Positions 10,114 to 20,384 of a stretch of DNA of 64,000 nt are shown here, one piece after another. Under the pieces are notes generated by a model. It did not search any database. It was given only the letters and a program-made list of their open reading frames with translations, and had not been told where the DNA came from. Position numbers and translations under genes: made by a program. Numbering within the stretch: position 1 is the stretch's first letter; each line of letters starts with the position of its first letter. The DNA is from an uncultured Candidatus Rokubacteria bacterium (GTDB taxonomy: Bacteria; Methylomirabilota; Methylomirabilia; Rokubacteriales; DASRDR01): NCBI GenBank assembly GCA_963805625.1, contig CAWDVE010000013.1, positions 610,458 to 674,457 on the forward strand, read 5' to 3'.

Positions 10114-11091
10114 ATGACGTCCAGATGGTGCCTGGTGACCGGAGGCGCCGGCTTCGTCGGCTCCCGTGTGATTCGCGCGCTCAACGAGCGCGGTAGCGAC
10201 CGCATCGTCGTGGTCGACTCCTTCTCGCGCCGACCCGAGAAGCTGGCCGGCATGTCCGGGCTGCGCTTCGCCGACTTCCTCGACTACTTCTCGGCCGATC
10301 CCTTGGCTGTCGAGGACCTCGACCGGCGCCTTCCGCCGCTGGAGGTGATCTTCCACGTGGGCGCCTGGACCGACGTGCTCGAGACCGACGTCACGAAGAT
10401 GCTGCGCTACAACTTCGAGCACTCGCGGAAGTGGCTCGAGCTGGGCCAGCTCCGCGGCGTCCCGGTCATCTACGCGTCGACCGCCGCCCTGTACGGGAAG
10501 AGTCGCGTGTGCCGAGTCGACGACCCGGGCTGCGAGCGTCCCTTCAATGCCTACGGGTACTCGAAGCTCGTGCTCGACCGCTGGGTGCGTGCGAACCTCG
10601 AGAGTTTCAAGTCATCGGTCGCCGGCTTCCGGTTCTTCAACGTGTTCGGCCCCGGTGAGGAGCACAAGGGGCACAACGCGAGCATCCCGACCCGCTTCTT
10701 CCAGTTCGTGCGAGATCGCGGGCTCATCGAGCTCTTCGACGGCGACATCCGGCGCGATTACATCCATGTCGACGATGTGGCGCGGGTCCTCATCCGGGCG
10801 TGGGAGTCAGGACACCCCTCCGGTGTCTACAACCTGGGGAGCGGCCTGGCGATTTCTCACCGGGAGATCGCCGACGGCGTCGTGGGCGTGAGCCGAGGTG
10901 CCGGCGTGCACCTCGACTCCGATCCGATCCGGACCGTGCCGATGCCGGGCACGCTCCGGGAGCGGTTCCAGTTCCACACGCGCGCCGAAGGCGTGCTGCC
11001 GTGGGTCGCCGAGTTGACGGCGCTCCCCCTCGAGAAGATGGTCGCCTACTGGACGGATCGCTTGAGGGCGCACTCGGGATCCGAAAGATGA
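10114..11091 (+). CDS. HldD/RfaD-like NDP-heptose 6-epimerase (extended SDR)
   Basis: 'TGGAGFVGS', 'YASTAALYG', YxxxK 'YGYSK', 'RFFNVFGPGEEHKG' (HldD-type motif), 'RDYIHVDDV'. Confidence 0.75.
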   Translation: MTSRWCLVTGGAGFVGSRVIRALNERGSDRIVVVDSFSRRPEKLAGMSGLRFADFLDYFSADPLAVEDLDRRLPPLEVIFHVGAWTDVLETDVTKMLRYNFEHSRKWLELGQLRGVPVIYASTAALYGKSRVCRVDDPGCERPFNAYGYSKLVLDRWVRANLESFKSSVAGFRFFNVFGPGEEHKGHNASIPTRFFQFVRDRGLIELFDGDIRRDYIHVDDVARVLIRAWESGHPSGVYNLGSGLAISHREIADGVVGVSRGAGVHLDSDPIRTVPMPGTLRERFQFHTRAEGVLPWVAELTALPLEKMVAYWTDRLRAHSGSER

Positions 11092-12050
11092 CGGACCGTC
11101 ATCCGCTGTTATGCATCCTCGTCACGCCGGCCCGGAACGAAGCGGCCTTCATCGAGAAGACCATCCAGTCGATGGTGAGCCAGACGGTCCACCCGACCCG
11201 ATGGGTCATCGTCAACGACGGGTCCACGGACGACACCGGAAAGATCGCTCGTCGCTATGCGACGGCTCACGACTGGATCGACGTGATCGACATGCCCGAG
11301 CACAGGGACCGCAGCTTTGCGGCCAAGGCCCAGTGCTTTGCCGCAGGCTACACTCGGGTCAAGACGATCGACCACGACATCGTGGGCAACGTCGACGCCG
11401 ACATCTCGTTCGAGAAGGACCATTTGGCCTTCTTGCTGCAGCGGTTCGCTGAGGACCCCGGGCTCGGTGTCGCCGGCACGATCTTCAAAGAGGCCAACGG
11501 ATACAGCTCCGAGACCGACAGCTACGAAGGCCACACTCACGTGTCCGGACAGTTCCAGCTCTTCCGGCGCCAGTGCTTCGAGGACGTGCGCGGCTACGTC
11601 CCGAACAAGGCCGGTGGTATCGACTGGATGGCCGTGATCACGGCTCGCATGAAGGGGTGGAAGACTCGCTCATTCCGGGAGAAGTGCTTCTTCCACCACC
11701 GTAGCCTCGGGACGGCGGACCGAAACGGGCTCAGTGCGAGGTTTACCTACGGCGAGCGCGACTATTACATCGGTGGGCATCCGGTCTGGGAGCTGTTCCG
11801 TGTCGCGTACCAGATGACGAAGCGGCCCTACGTCGTGGGCGGCCTCAGCATCGGGCTCGGCTACGCGTGGGGCGCGCTGAGACGCACGAAGCGGCCAGTC
11901 TCGGATGACTTCGTGCGCTTCCACCGCGGCGAGCAGATGCAGAAGCTTGCAGTCATCCTGAAATCACTGCTCAGGCTCAAGCGGATCGACAAGTTCCAGG
12001 TCATCCCAGTTGGTGCGGACACTCAGGTGGAGCGGCGGCGCCGGACATGA
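11088..12050 (+). CDS. Glycosyltransferase family 2
   Basis: ATGA overlap. 'VTPARNEAAFI', 'VNDGSTDDT', 'DAD'. Confidence 0.9.
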   Translation: MTDRHPLLCILVTPARNEAAFIEKTIQSMVSQTVHPTRWVIVNDGSTDDTGKIARRYATAHDWIDVIDMPEHRDRSFAAKAQCFAAGYTRVKTIDHDIVGNVDADISFEKDHLAFLLQRFAEDPGLGVAGTIFKEANGYSSETDSYEGHTHVSGQFQLFRRQCFEDVRGYVPNKAGGIDWMAVITARMKGWKTRSFREKCFFHHRSLGTADRNGLSARFTYGERDYYIGGHPVWELFRVAYQMTKRPYVVGGLSIGLGYAWGALRRTKRPVSDDFVRFHRGEQMQKLAVILKSLLRLKRIDKFQVIPVGADTQVERRRRT

Positions 12051-13261
12051 TGGAGGTGCTGCCCCTCGACAGGATCCGGACCGCGGTCGACCGATTCGTT
12101 GCCTGGCTCGATCGGTACGGCGAGACGTCCCACGACTGGCAGGACTTCTTCGCCGGGCCCGTCGGCCGACGCGCCAAGGCGCTCTACTACCGGCAACCCG
12201 CTCTCGGGACGGTCGCGGTCGCCCCGATGATCCTCTGTGAAGCGTTCGTTCCGGCGGCTCGCCGCCTCTTCTGGAAACGGCAGCGCTTCCCGATCGCAGA
12301 CGCGCATTACGCGATCGGCTTCCTGTATCTCCTCCAGACGTCGGGGGACGAAGCGCACTACCGTCGCGCCGTGCACTTCCTCGAGGTCCTCGAATCCACC
12401 CGCTGTCCCGGATACGCGCGGCACGCGTGGGGTTACCCGTTCGATTGGGTGACGCGCACGGGCACGATCCCGGCGGGTACCCCGCTCGTCACGACTGTCG
12501 GCTACCCCTATGAGGCGTTCCGGCAGGTGTACCGTATCGACAAGGACGACCGCTGGCGGCACGTCATGCGCTCGATCGCGCAGCACGCGCTGTTGGACTA
12601 CCGGGACCGGGAGACGTCGCCCGGCGCCGCGACGTGCGCCTACACACCACGTCCAGACGATCGGGGCGGCATCGTCAACGCGAGCGCGTATCGGGCGGCT
12701 CTCCTCACCAAGGCCGCCCACGACTTCTCCGAGCCGGAGTACAGCCGAGCTGCCGAGCAGAACCTCCGCTTCATCCTCGAGGCCCAGAACCGTGACGGCT
12801 CCTGGTACTACGCCGTGGATGGCACGCGAGACTTCGTCGATCACTTCCACACGTGCTTCGTCCTCAAGGCCTTGGCGGCAATCGAGACCGTCACCGGAGA
12901 TCCTCGGTGCACCGAGGCGATCGAGCGCGGCGTCGGGTACTATGTCCAGAACCTCTTCGACTCGGACGGCCTGCCGAGGCCGTTCTCCAGGGCGCCCCGA
13001 CTGACCGTGTACCGCCGGGAGCTGTACGACTACGCCGAGTGCGTCAACCTCGCGACGCTGCTCCGAGGTCGCTTCCAGGAGCTGGACGGTAGGCTGCTGA
13101 CCGTTGTCAATGACCTGCTCGACCGCTGGCAGACGTCCTGGGGGGCGTTCCGATCTCGTCAGCTCCTCGTCGGCTGGGACAACGTTCCGATGCACCGCTG
13201 GGCGCAAGCCCAGCTCTTCGGAAGCCTCTGCTTCGTGCTCCATCGCGGCACGGAGGCCTGA
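12047..13261 (+). CDS. Conserved (alpha/alpha)-barrel-like protein of EPS loci, function unknown
   Basis: Coupled ORF with helical repeats and 'WGYPFDW', 'AQNRDGSWYY', 'DHFHTCFVL', 'MHRWAQAQ'. Confidence 0.6.
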   Translation: MMEVLPLDRIRTAVDRFVAWLDRYGETSHDWQDFFAGPVGRRAKALYYRQPALGTVAVAPMILCEAFVPAARRLFWKRQRFPIADAHYAIGFLYLLQTSGDEAHYRRAVHFLEVLESTRCPGYARHAWGYPFDWVTRTGTIPAGTPLVTTVGYPYEAFRQVYRIDKDDRWRHVMRSIAQHALLDYRDRETSPGAATCAYTPRPDDRGGIVNASAYRAALLTKAAHDFSEPEYSRAAEQNLRFILEAQNRDGSWYYAVDGTRDFVDHFHTCFVLKALAAIETVTGDPRCTEAIERGVGYYVQNLFDSDGLPRPFSRAPRLTVYRRELYDYAECVNLATLLRGRFQELDGRLLTVVNDLLDRWQTSWGAFRSRQLLVGWDNVPMHRWAQAQLFGSLCFVLHRGTEA

Positions 13262-13264
13262 GCC

Positions 13265-15152
13265 ATGTGCGGGATCTGCGGACAGTTCAACTTCGGGGAT
13301 CGGGCGCCCGTGGTGCGCCAGGACATCAAGGCAATGGCCGACACCATCGTTCATCGAGGCCCCGACGACGAGGGCTACCTGGTCTCCGGGCCCATCGGCC
13401 TGGGCTTCCGCCGACTGTCGATCATCGATCTCGCCGGTGGGCACCAGCCGATGGCTGACGCCGAGGAGACCGTCTGGGTCATCTTCAACGGTGAGATCTA
13501 CAACTTCCGCGAGCTACGCCGGGAGCTCGAGAGCCGGGGCCACCGCTTCCGGACGAGCTCGCGACACCGAAGCGATCGTCCACGGCTACAAGGCAGTGGG
13601 GCACCGGCGTCTTCGACCAGCTCAACGGCATGTTCGGCGTCGCGATCTGGGACGTGCGGAGGCAGCGCCTGGTCCTGGCCCGGGATGCCATGGGGATCAA
13701 GCTCGTCTACTACGCCGTACGGAACGGCATCGGTCTGGTTCGGCTCCGAAATGCGGCCGGTGCTCGCCGCGCTCGGTCTGCGCCCGGAGGTGGATCCCGT
13801 CGCCCTGAATCTCTTCCTCCGCTATCGCTACACGCCGTCGCCACTGACGATCTTCCAGGGGATCGAGAAGCTGGCGCCCGGGACGATGCTGGTGGTCGAG
13901 AATGGCCAGGCGAGGCGGGAGCGCTGGTACCGCTACACGCCGGTCCCGTTCCCGACGCCCAAGGGCGAGGACGAGGCGTGCGAGGAGCTGGTCGGGCTCT
14001 ACCGCGACGCCATGCGGCGGCACCTCATCAGCGACGTGCCGGTGGGTCTGCTCCTGAGCGGCGGCATCGACTCGGGCCTGCTCCTCGCGCTGATGAACGA
14101 GCAGGGCGGCCCGTGGCCGGCCTACACCGTCGGCTACGGGGAGAGCTTCGAGGACGACGAGCTGGCCGATGCGGCGGAGACAGCGCTGGTCCTCGGCGCC
14201 CGTCACGTCCAGGTCAAACTGGACCGTGAAGAGTTCGAGCGGTCGCTGCCCCGGATCGTCGAATGCCTCGAGGAGCCCATCGCGACGTCCTCGATCGTCC
14301 CGATGTACTTCGTCAGCCAGCGGGCCCGCCAGGACGTCAAGGTGGCCCTCATCGGCCAGGGGCCTGACGAGCTGTTCGGCGGCTACAAGCGGCATCTCGG
14401 TGTGCGGTACGGCGACTACTGGCGCCTGTTACCGCGTCCCGTACGCTCCGTGCGTCGGCTCCGCGATCACGCACTTGCCCCGGAACGAGATGCTGAAGCG
14501 GGGCGTGCTCTCGCTCGGGTTCTCCGATCGGCTCGAGCGCTACCAGCACGTGTTCTCCCTGGGGCCGGCCGAGACCGTCGATGGGCTCTTCCGGGACGGA
14601 CTCCTGCCGCCGAACCCGGGGGACCGGATCCTCGATTGCTGGAGCGATCTGCTCCCGCAGATGGAGCACACGGACGAGCTCGGCGGCCTCCAGCTCCTTG
14701 AGCTGCGATCCTCGCTGCCCGACGAGCTCCTGATGTACGCCGACAAGCTCTCGATGGCGCACAGCCTGGAGGTCCGCGTCCCGTACCTCGACCGGGTCGT
14801 CGTGGAGTACGTGCAGCGCCTGGGCGCGGGACTCAAGGTGCGCAATGGCAGCCGCAAGTGGCTCCATCGGCGGGTCTGTCGCGCCTTCCTGCCGACGCGC
14901 ATTCTCAAGCGCAAGAAGCGCGGCTTCGCCGCGAACGTCGTCGACGGCTGGTTCCGGTCGTCAGTCTCCGGAAGGCTGGAGGAGCTCTTGCTGGATCCCG
15001 CGTCCGCGATGTACAGCCTGCTACAGCCGGAGGCTGTACGGCAGCTCTTCGAGACGCATCGCTCGAGGAGCCAAGATAACCACAAGCTGCTCTTCAGCCT
15101 CGCGCTCTTCGAGCAGTGGTTGCGGTCGGCGAACCGAAGTGTCTCAGTATGA
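13265..15152 (+). CDS. asnB: Asparagine synthase-like amidotransferase (glutamine-hydrolysing), apparent frameshifts
   Basis: MCGICG nucleophile start, 'HRGPD', 'FNGEIYNF', 'LSGGIDS', 'GQGPDELFGGY', 'LEVRVPYLD', 'KKRGF'. Frame shifts near 13560-13600, ~13730 and ~14450. Confidence 0.88.
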
Positions 15153-16076
15153 ACACGGTCTTTACCAAAGACGCGCTCGTCAACGGCCGCCAAACGCGGA
15201 TCCGCTGTCTCGAGATTGATGGCCAGACGTACTCGTTGTCGGGGAAACTGATCAAGGTCGTCCGCCTCGAAGACGAATGGTATCAGGACGTGCATGATCC
15301 TGAGTCCGTCATCTCGACTCTCAGGACGGCCCGCGTGGATGCCGACCTCTTCACATTCTGGCAGCGACTGCCTGACACTGAACCGCGATTCCAGTTTCAC
15401 CAGGAGTGGGAGAGCATTGCGGCTCTACCCGTGGGGGACTTCGACAGCTGGTGGAACGGACAGATCACGTCACGCACTAGAAACCTGATACGCAAGGCGG
15501 CGAAGGCCGGCCTCGAGGTTCGCGAGGCCTGCTACGACGACGATTTCGTCCGTGGGATGACCGAGATCTTCAACGAGACACCGATTCGACAAGGCCGACG
15601 CTTCTGGCACTACGGCAAGGATTTCGCCACGGTGAAACGACAGTTTTCTCGCTACCTGTTCCGAGAGACTCTAATCGGAGCGTATTACCTCGGTGAGTTG
15701 ATCGGTTTCGTCATGCTGGGAGATGCAGGGCGGTACGGCGTCACCGGCCAGATCATCTCCAAGATCCAGCATCGAGACAAGGCGACGAACAATGCTCTCA
15801 TTGCCAAGGCCGTAGAGATCTGCTCACAAAAGGGCCTCCCGTACCTGGTCTACTTCAATTGGGGCAGCGGCTCGTTGATGGAATTTAAGCGGAGGTGTGG
15901 ATTCAAGGAGACCAGGATCCCGCGCTACTACGTGGCACTGACGGAGACAGGTCGAGTCGCCATGCATCTTGAGTTGCACCGCGGATGGCAAAGCACTGCT
16001 TCCGCTGCCCGTGAGGAACCGGCTGAAGAGTCTCCGAGGCTGGTGGCTGAGCCCGAGTGGCGGTCGCGAAAAATAG
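15149..16076 (+). CDS. GNAT/FemAB-like fold protein (one apparent +1 insertion at ~15989)
   Basis: ATGA overlap. 'RNLIRKAAKAGLEVRE', 'LMEFKRRCGF'. Removing C15989 gives ...HRGWKALLPLPVRNRLKSLRGWWLSPSGGREK* ending at TAG 16074-16076. Confidence 0.7.
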
Positions 16077-16078
16077 AG

Positions 16079-17914
16079 ATGCCTGGCATCGCGGGCCTGA
16101 TCAGTCTGAAGCCGGGCAATCAATGCCAGCGTCTCGTGGAGCACATGGTCGCTACCATGCGGCACGAAAGCTTCTACACGTCGGGGAGCTACGAGGCTCC
16201 CGACCTCGGAGTGTTTGCCGGCTGGGTGGCGCTCAAGGGATCATTCACCGACTGTCAGCCAATTGTCAGCGAACGTGGCGACATCGCGCTGCTGTTCGCA
16301 GGTGAGTGCGTTTCTGACTCGGTTGGCCGTGCGAGCGTCCAAGAGCGAAGTAATCGGGTCGCAGGCGATGATGCCTCATGGCTGGTTCGCCTCTACGAAG
16401 AGCGCGAGGAGTCTTTCTTCGAACAGCTCAACGGACTTTTCAGCGGCCTCTTGATCGATCGCCGACAGGGAAAGGCGATCCTCTTCAATGATCGCTTTGG
16501 GATGGAGCGAGTGTACTACCACGAGGGACGAGATGCTTTCTTCTTTGCCAGTGAGGCCAAGGCTCTCCTTCGTGTGCTTCCCGAGTTGCGCGCGTTTGAC
16601 CAGGACGGCATGTATCAGTTTCTGCGCTACGCCTGCACGCTGGGCGAGAAGACCCTCTTCCGAGATGTGAAGTTGCTCCCCGCGGCTTCCATTTGGGCGT
16701 TCCGAGGCGGGGCGCTGGAGCGGCGTCAGTATTTTGCTCCGAGGACGTGGGAATCCTTGTCGCCCTTGTCTACAGGTTCGTTCGATACCGCGTTCGAGGA
16801 GACGTTTACTCGGATCCTTCCCCGTTATATCGACCCGATGAGCGAGATAGGCATCTCCCTCACTGGCGGTCTCGATACCCGCATGATCATGGCCCGGTGC
16901 CCGCCGGGGGAATCGGGGCTCACGTCCTACACCTTCGCGGGCGTCGATGGTGAAACACTCGACGCTCGGATCGCGGCGCGGGTAGCGTCGGAATGCGGCG
17001 TTCCTCATCACATCCTCCGGCTCGGGCAGGACTTCTTCGACGAGTTCGCGGCGCTCGCCGATAGAACGGTGTATGTCACCGACGGTTGCTTCGGCGTGTG
17101 TGGCGCGCACGAGATGTACTTGAATAGCCTCGCGCGGCGCTTGGCGCCCATTCGACTGACCGGGAACTTCGGCGGTGAGATCCTGCGCGGCGTGACGACC
17201 TTCAAGCCGATCGGCCTGTCGGCCGATCTCGTCAGTCGCGAGCTTCGCGTCCAGATCTCCGAGGATCAGGTCTGCCTCAACAACGACGAGACCCATCCGG
17301 TCACGTTTGCCGCCTTCAAAGAGATTCCCTGGCATCTCATCGGCGTCACACGGGCTGCGCAGTCCCAGATCATCACCCGTACGCCGTACCTGGACAACGA
17401 TCTCGTGGCTTTGGCCTTCCGTGCTCCTCGATGGACGAAGGGGTCGTCTTCGCCGGCGCTGCGGCTCATTAGGAATGCCCACGCTGCGCTCGGTCGGATC
17501 CCGACCGATCAAGGCCTCGTGCCGGCGTCGCGGCTGTCGTCTCTGCTCAAACCGATGTGGTATCGCGCATGCTTCAAACTCGACTACCTGCGTAGCGACG
17601 GAATGCCTCATTGGCTATCGTCGCTGGACGCGCGGCTGGAGCGGGTGGGTCTTCACGTGTGGGAGCCTCATCCTCATCGCTATCTCCACTACGGCAGATG
17701 GTTCAGGGGCGGGCTCGCCGGATACGTGCGCGAGCATCTGTCGGCCATCAAGGCGTCCCACAGCCGTCTGTGGAACCCATCCTTTCTTGAGCGGCTTGCG
17801 GGGAACCACATCGAGGGAAGTAAGAATTTCGTTCAAGAAATCAATGCCGTTCTGACCCTTCACGCAGTCGAACGACTTCTTTTCAATCAACCTCTCGCGA
17901 GAGACTCCCAGTGA
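16079..17914 (+). CDS. Asparagine synthase-like protein lacking the N-terminal Cys
   Basis: Starts MPGIAG. 'NDRFGMERVYY', 'FASEAKALL', PP-loop 'SLTGGLDTR', 'LTGNFGGEILRG', 'RTPYLDNDLV'. Confidence 0.82.
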   Translation: MPGIAGLISLKPGNQCQRLVEHMVATMRHESFYTSGSYEAPDLGVFAGWVALKGSFTDCQPIVSERGDIALLFAGECVSDSVGRASVQERSNRVAGDDASWLVRLYEEREESFFEQLNGLFSGLLIDRRQGKAILFNDRFGMERVYYHEGRDAFFFASEAKALLRVLPELRAFDQDGMYQFLRYACTLGEKTLFRDVKLLPAASIWAFRGGALERRQYFAPRTWESLSPLSTGSFDTAFEETFTRILPRYIDPMSEIGISLTGGLDTRMIMARCPPGESGLTSYTFAGVDGETLDARIAARVASECGVPHHILRLGQDFFDEFAALADRTVYVTDGCFGVCGAHEMYLNSLARRLAPIRLTGNFGGEILRGVTTFKPIGLSADLVSRELRVQISEDQVCLNNDETHPVTFAAFKEIPWHLIGVTRAAQSQIITRTPYLDNDLVALAFRAPRWTKGSSSPALRLIRNAHAALGRIPTDQGLVPASRLSSLLKPMWYRACFKLDYLRSDGMPHWLSSLDARLERVGLHVWEPHPHRYLHYGRWFRGGLAGYVREHLSAIKASHSRLWNPSFLERLAGNHIEGSKNFVQEINAVLTLHAVERLLFNQPLARDSQ

Positions 17915-18739
17915 GAGCCGTCAAGACGCACGTCCAAGGCCTCCTCGGGAAACTCGGCCTGTATGATCGACTCAAGGCGTCTTACCTCTACGATCTCTAC
18001 TGGCTGATGGCCGACAGGTCGATCATTGACGCGAGGCGTTCGGAACTCGCTTTCTACCAGAGGACTACTGCGAGGCATTCGGCCTGGCGATCTGATCTTT
18101 GATATCGGCGCCAACGAGGGCTACAAGACGGATGTATTCCTCAGAATTGGCGCCCGCGTGGTTGCAGTGGAACCGGACCAGCACTGCCAGGAGGTGTTGA
18201 AGAGGCGATTCCTGGAGCACCGTGTCCGTGCACGCTCCGTTGCAATTGTGGGCGCTGCCGTAAGCGATCACGATGGTGTCGACACGATATGGACCGACGC
18301 GCCCGGGTCAGCCAAAAACACACTGAGCAAGAAGTGGGTTGAGCTGCTGAGGAAGGACGAGGGCCGTTTTGGCACGCGCCTTGCCTTTGGCAGCCGGCAA
18401 AATGTTGAAACGCTGCGCCTCGAGACGCTCATCACTAGGTACGGCGAACCGTTCTTCATCAAGATCGATGTTGAAGGTTACGAGCCTCAGGTTCTCCGCG
18501 GTTTGGGCCGCCCGATTTCATATGTGTCGTTCGAGGTCAATCTGCCTGAGTTCAGACCTGAGGGTCAGCAGTGCATAGAACTGCTCGCAGCGCAAAGCGC
18601 CGACGGCAGGTTCAACTACGCGGTCGATTGTCATCGCGGCCTCGTGCTTCAGAAGTGGGCCGACAAACGGGAGTTCCTGTCGGTATTCGGCGAATGCAAT
18701 GAAAGCTCGATCGAGGTCTTCTGGACTATGAAGGGCTAG
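17911..18739 (+). CDS. FkbM-family methyltransferase (frameshift near 18060)
   Basis: GTGA overlap. 'IFDIGANEG', 'VAVEP', 'IKIDVEGYEPQVLRG'. Confidence 0.85.
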
Positions 18740-18744
18740 GTCTC

Positions 18745-20137
18745 ATGCCTCCCCTCTTCGCGCTCCTCCTCACCATTGCGTTCGTGACGTTTCTGTTTGC
18801 GCGAGATGTCAAGGAGGCTCGCGTGACGGGATCCCTGTGGATCCCTGTCTGCTGGATGCTGCTCACTTGTTCTCGGCCACTCTCGGCGTGGCTGGGTTTT
18901 GGAGGTGCGTCGTACGCCCGTCCCTCGGATCTGGCTGAGGGAGGCCCTTTGGATCGGCTGGCATATCTCTCGCTGGAGCTAGCGGCCTTGTTCGTTCTTG
19001 TCCGACGACGGGTACCCCTTGGGACCGTGCTGTCTCGCAACCTATGGTTGACCATCTTTCTGGCTTACTGCGGCCTTTCCATTGTGTGGTCGGACTTCCC
19101 CTTCGCCTCGTTCAAGCGATGGGTGAAGGTCTTGGGTCTGCCGATGATGGTGCTCCTCATCGCGACGGAGCCTGACCCTCGAGAGGCCTTCGCGCGAGTC
19201 ATGAAGCGAGCAGCATATGTTCTGATTCCGTTCTCGATCCTGCTGGTGAAGTACTATCCCGGGCTCGGTCGAGGCTATTCGCCATGGGGGGGGGAGGCTT
19301 TCAACACTGGCGTCACGACCAACAAAAACGAGCTGGGCTACGTCTGTCTGATACTGGCCTTCTTCTTCTCCTGGCATCTCCTGACGACCTTACGGGACGA
19401 GCGGACGCGGAGACGGCATCGGGAGATCGTTCTCGCGGGCGTTTTCCTGGTCATGACTGGATGGCTTCTCTTCGCGGCCAAGTAGCGCGACGTCTGTGAT
19501 GTCCCTGGTGGTCGGGCTATCGGTTGTGCTGTTTCTCGGGCGCCGTTGGGTGAACGTCAGACACGCCGGCAGTTATCTCTTGGTGGGACTACTGATCTTA
19601 TTAGTCTTTACCTTCGTCGTCCCCATGACCGATATTCTGATCAGCGCGCTCGGTCGCGACAGCACCCTGACCGGGCGTACCGAGGTGTGGGAAGCTCTGC
19701 TCGCCGTTCCCGTGAACCCAATCGTAGGTGTTGGCTTCGAGAGTTTTTGGCTCGGCGAGCCAGCCGAACGGCTCTGGGCCACGTATTGGTGGCGTCCGAA
19801 TGAGGCCCACAACGGATATCTCGAGACCTATCTCAATCTCGGCTGGGTCGGCGTCATTTTACTGGCCGGCTGGATACTCTCAGCCTTCCGGAGCGCAAGC
19901 CGCACCCTGTCCTATGACTTCGACTTCGGCCGGTTCCGAACTGGGGTTCTCGCGATCGCGCTCGTGTATAATTGGACGGAAGCGGCCTTCAGAGGCACTC
20001 ACCCGCTCTGGCTCTTGTTTTTTGTGGCCGCGATGGATTGCCGGGGCGTCAAGGCTCGGTACGGCGAACAAGTTCCGAGGGCGAGTTCACAAATACCGAT
20101 CGCGCCTGGACGCGTGCCCCACTCCGTGCCAGAATGA
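18745..20137 (+). CDS. O-antigen ligase/polymerase (Wzy/WaaL)-family membrane protein (frameshift near 19483)
   Basis: Many TM helices. 'GVTTNKNELG', 'GRDSTLTGRTEVW', 'GVGFESFW', 'NEAHNGYLETYLNLGWVG' (Wzy_C motif). Confidence 0.85.
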
Positions 20138-20262
20138 CACAGGTGGACTGACAAGAAACGCCTGTGCTGCACGACATCGTATATGAAGTGCGATCAGGCC
20201 GCGACGTACAAGTGCTCGATTCTGCAGTCGGTACGAGTTGCGGCCCGTAGACTATCAGGATC

Positions 20263-20278
20263 TGGCATCATCTGTGCT
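20263..20278 (+). promoter_or_regulatory. Candidate sigma54 promoter (-24/-12)
   Basis: TGGCATCATCTGTGCT = GG-N10-GC, in the intergenic region ~105 bp upstream of the ATG at 20385. Confidence 0.45.
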
Positions 20279-20384
20279 TTCGTGAAGCGACAGGCGAATC
20301 ACTGCCGCGTCGCCATCGAAATCTGACGATCCCGGATAGGAGCTGCGAGAGCTGCCTCGCATCGCGAGTGCAGGGAGGTCTAGA

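Noticed and set aside
15116-17914. 932-aa GNAT-AsnB fusion in the ORF track
   Set aside because: A single extra base near 15989 explains it. The alternative frame ends naturally at TAG 16074-16076, two bases before the second gene's ATG.
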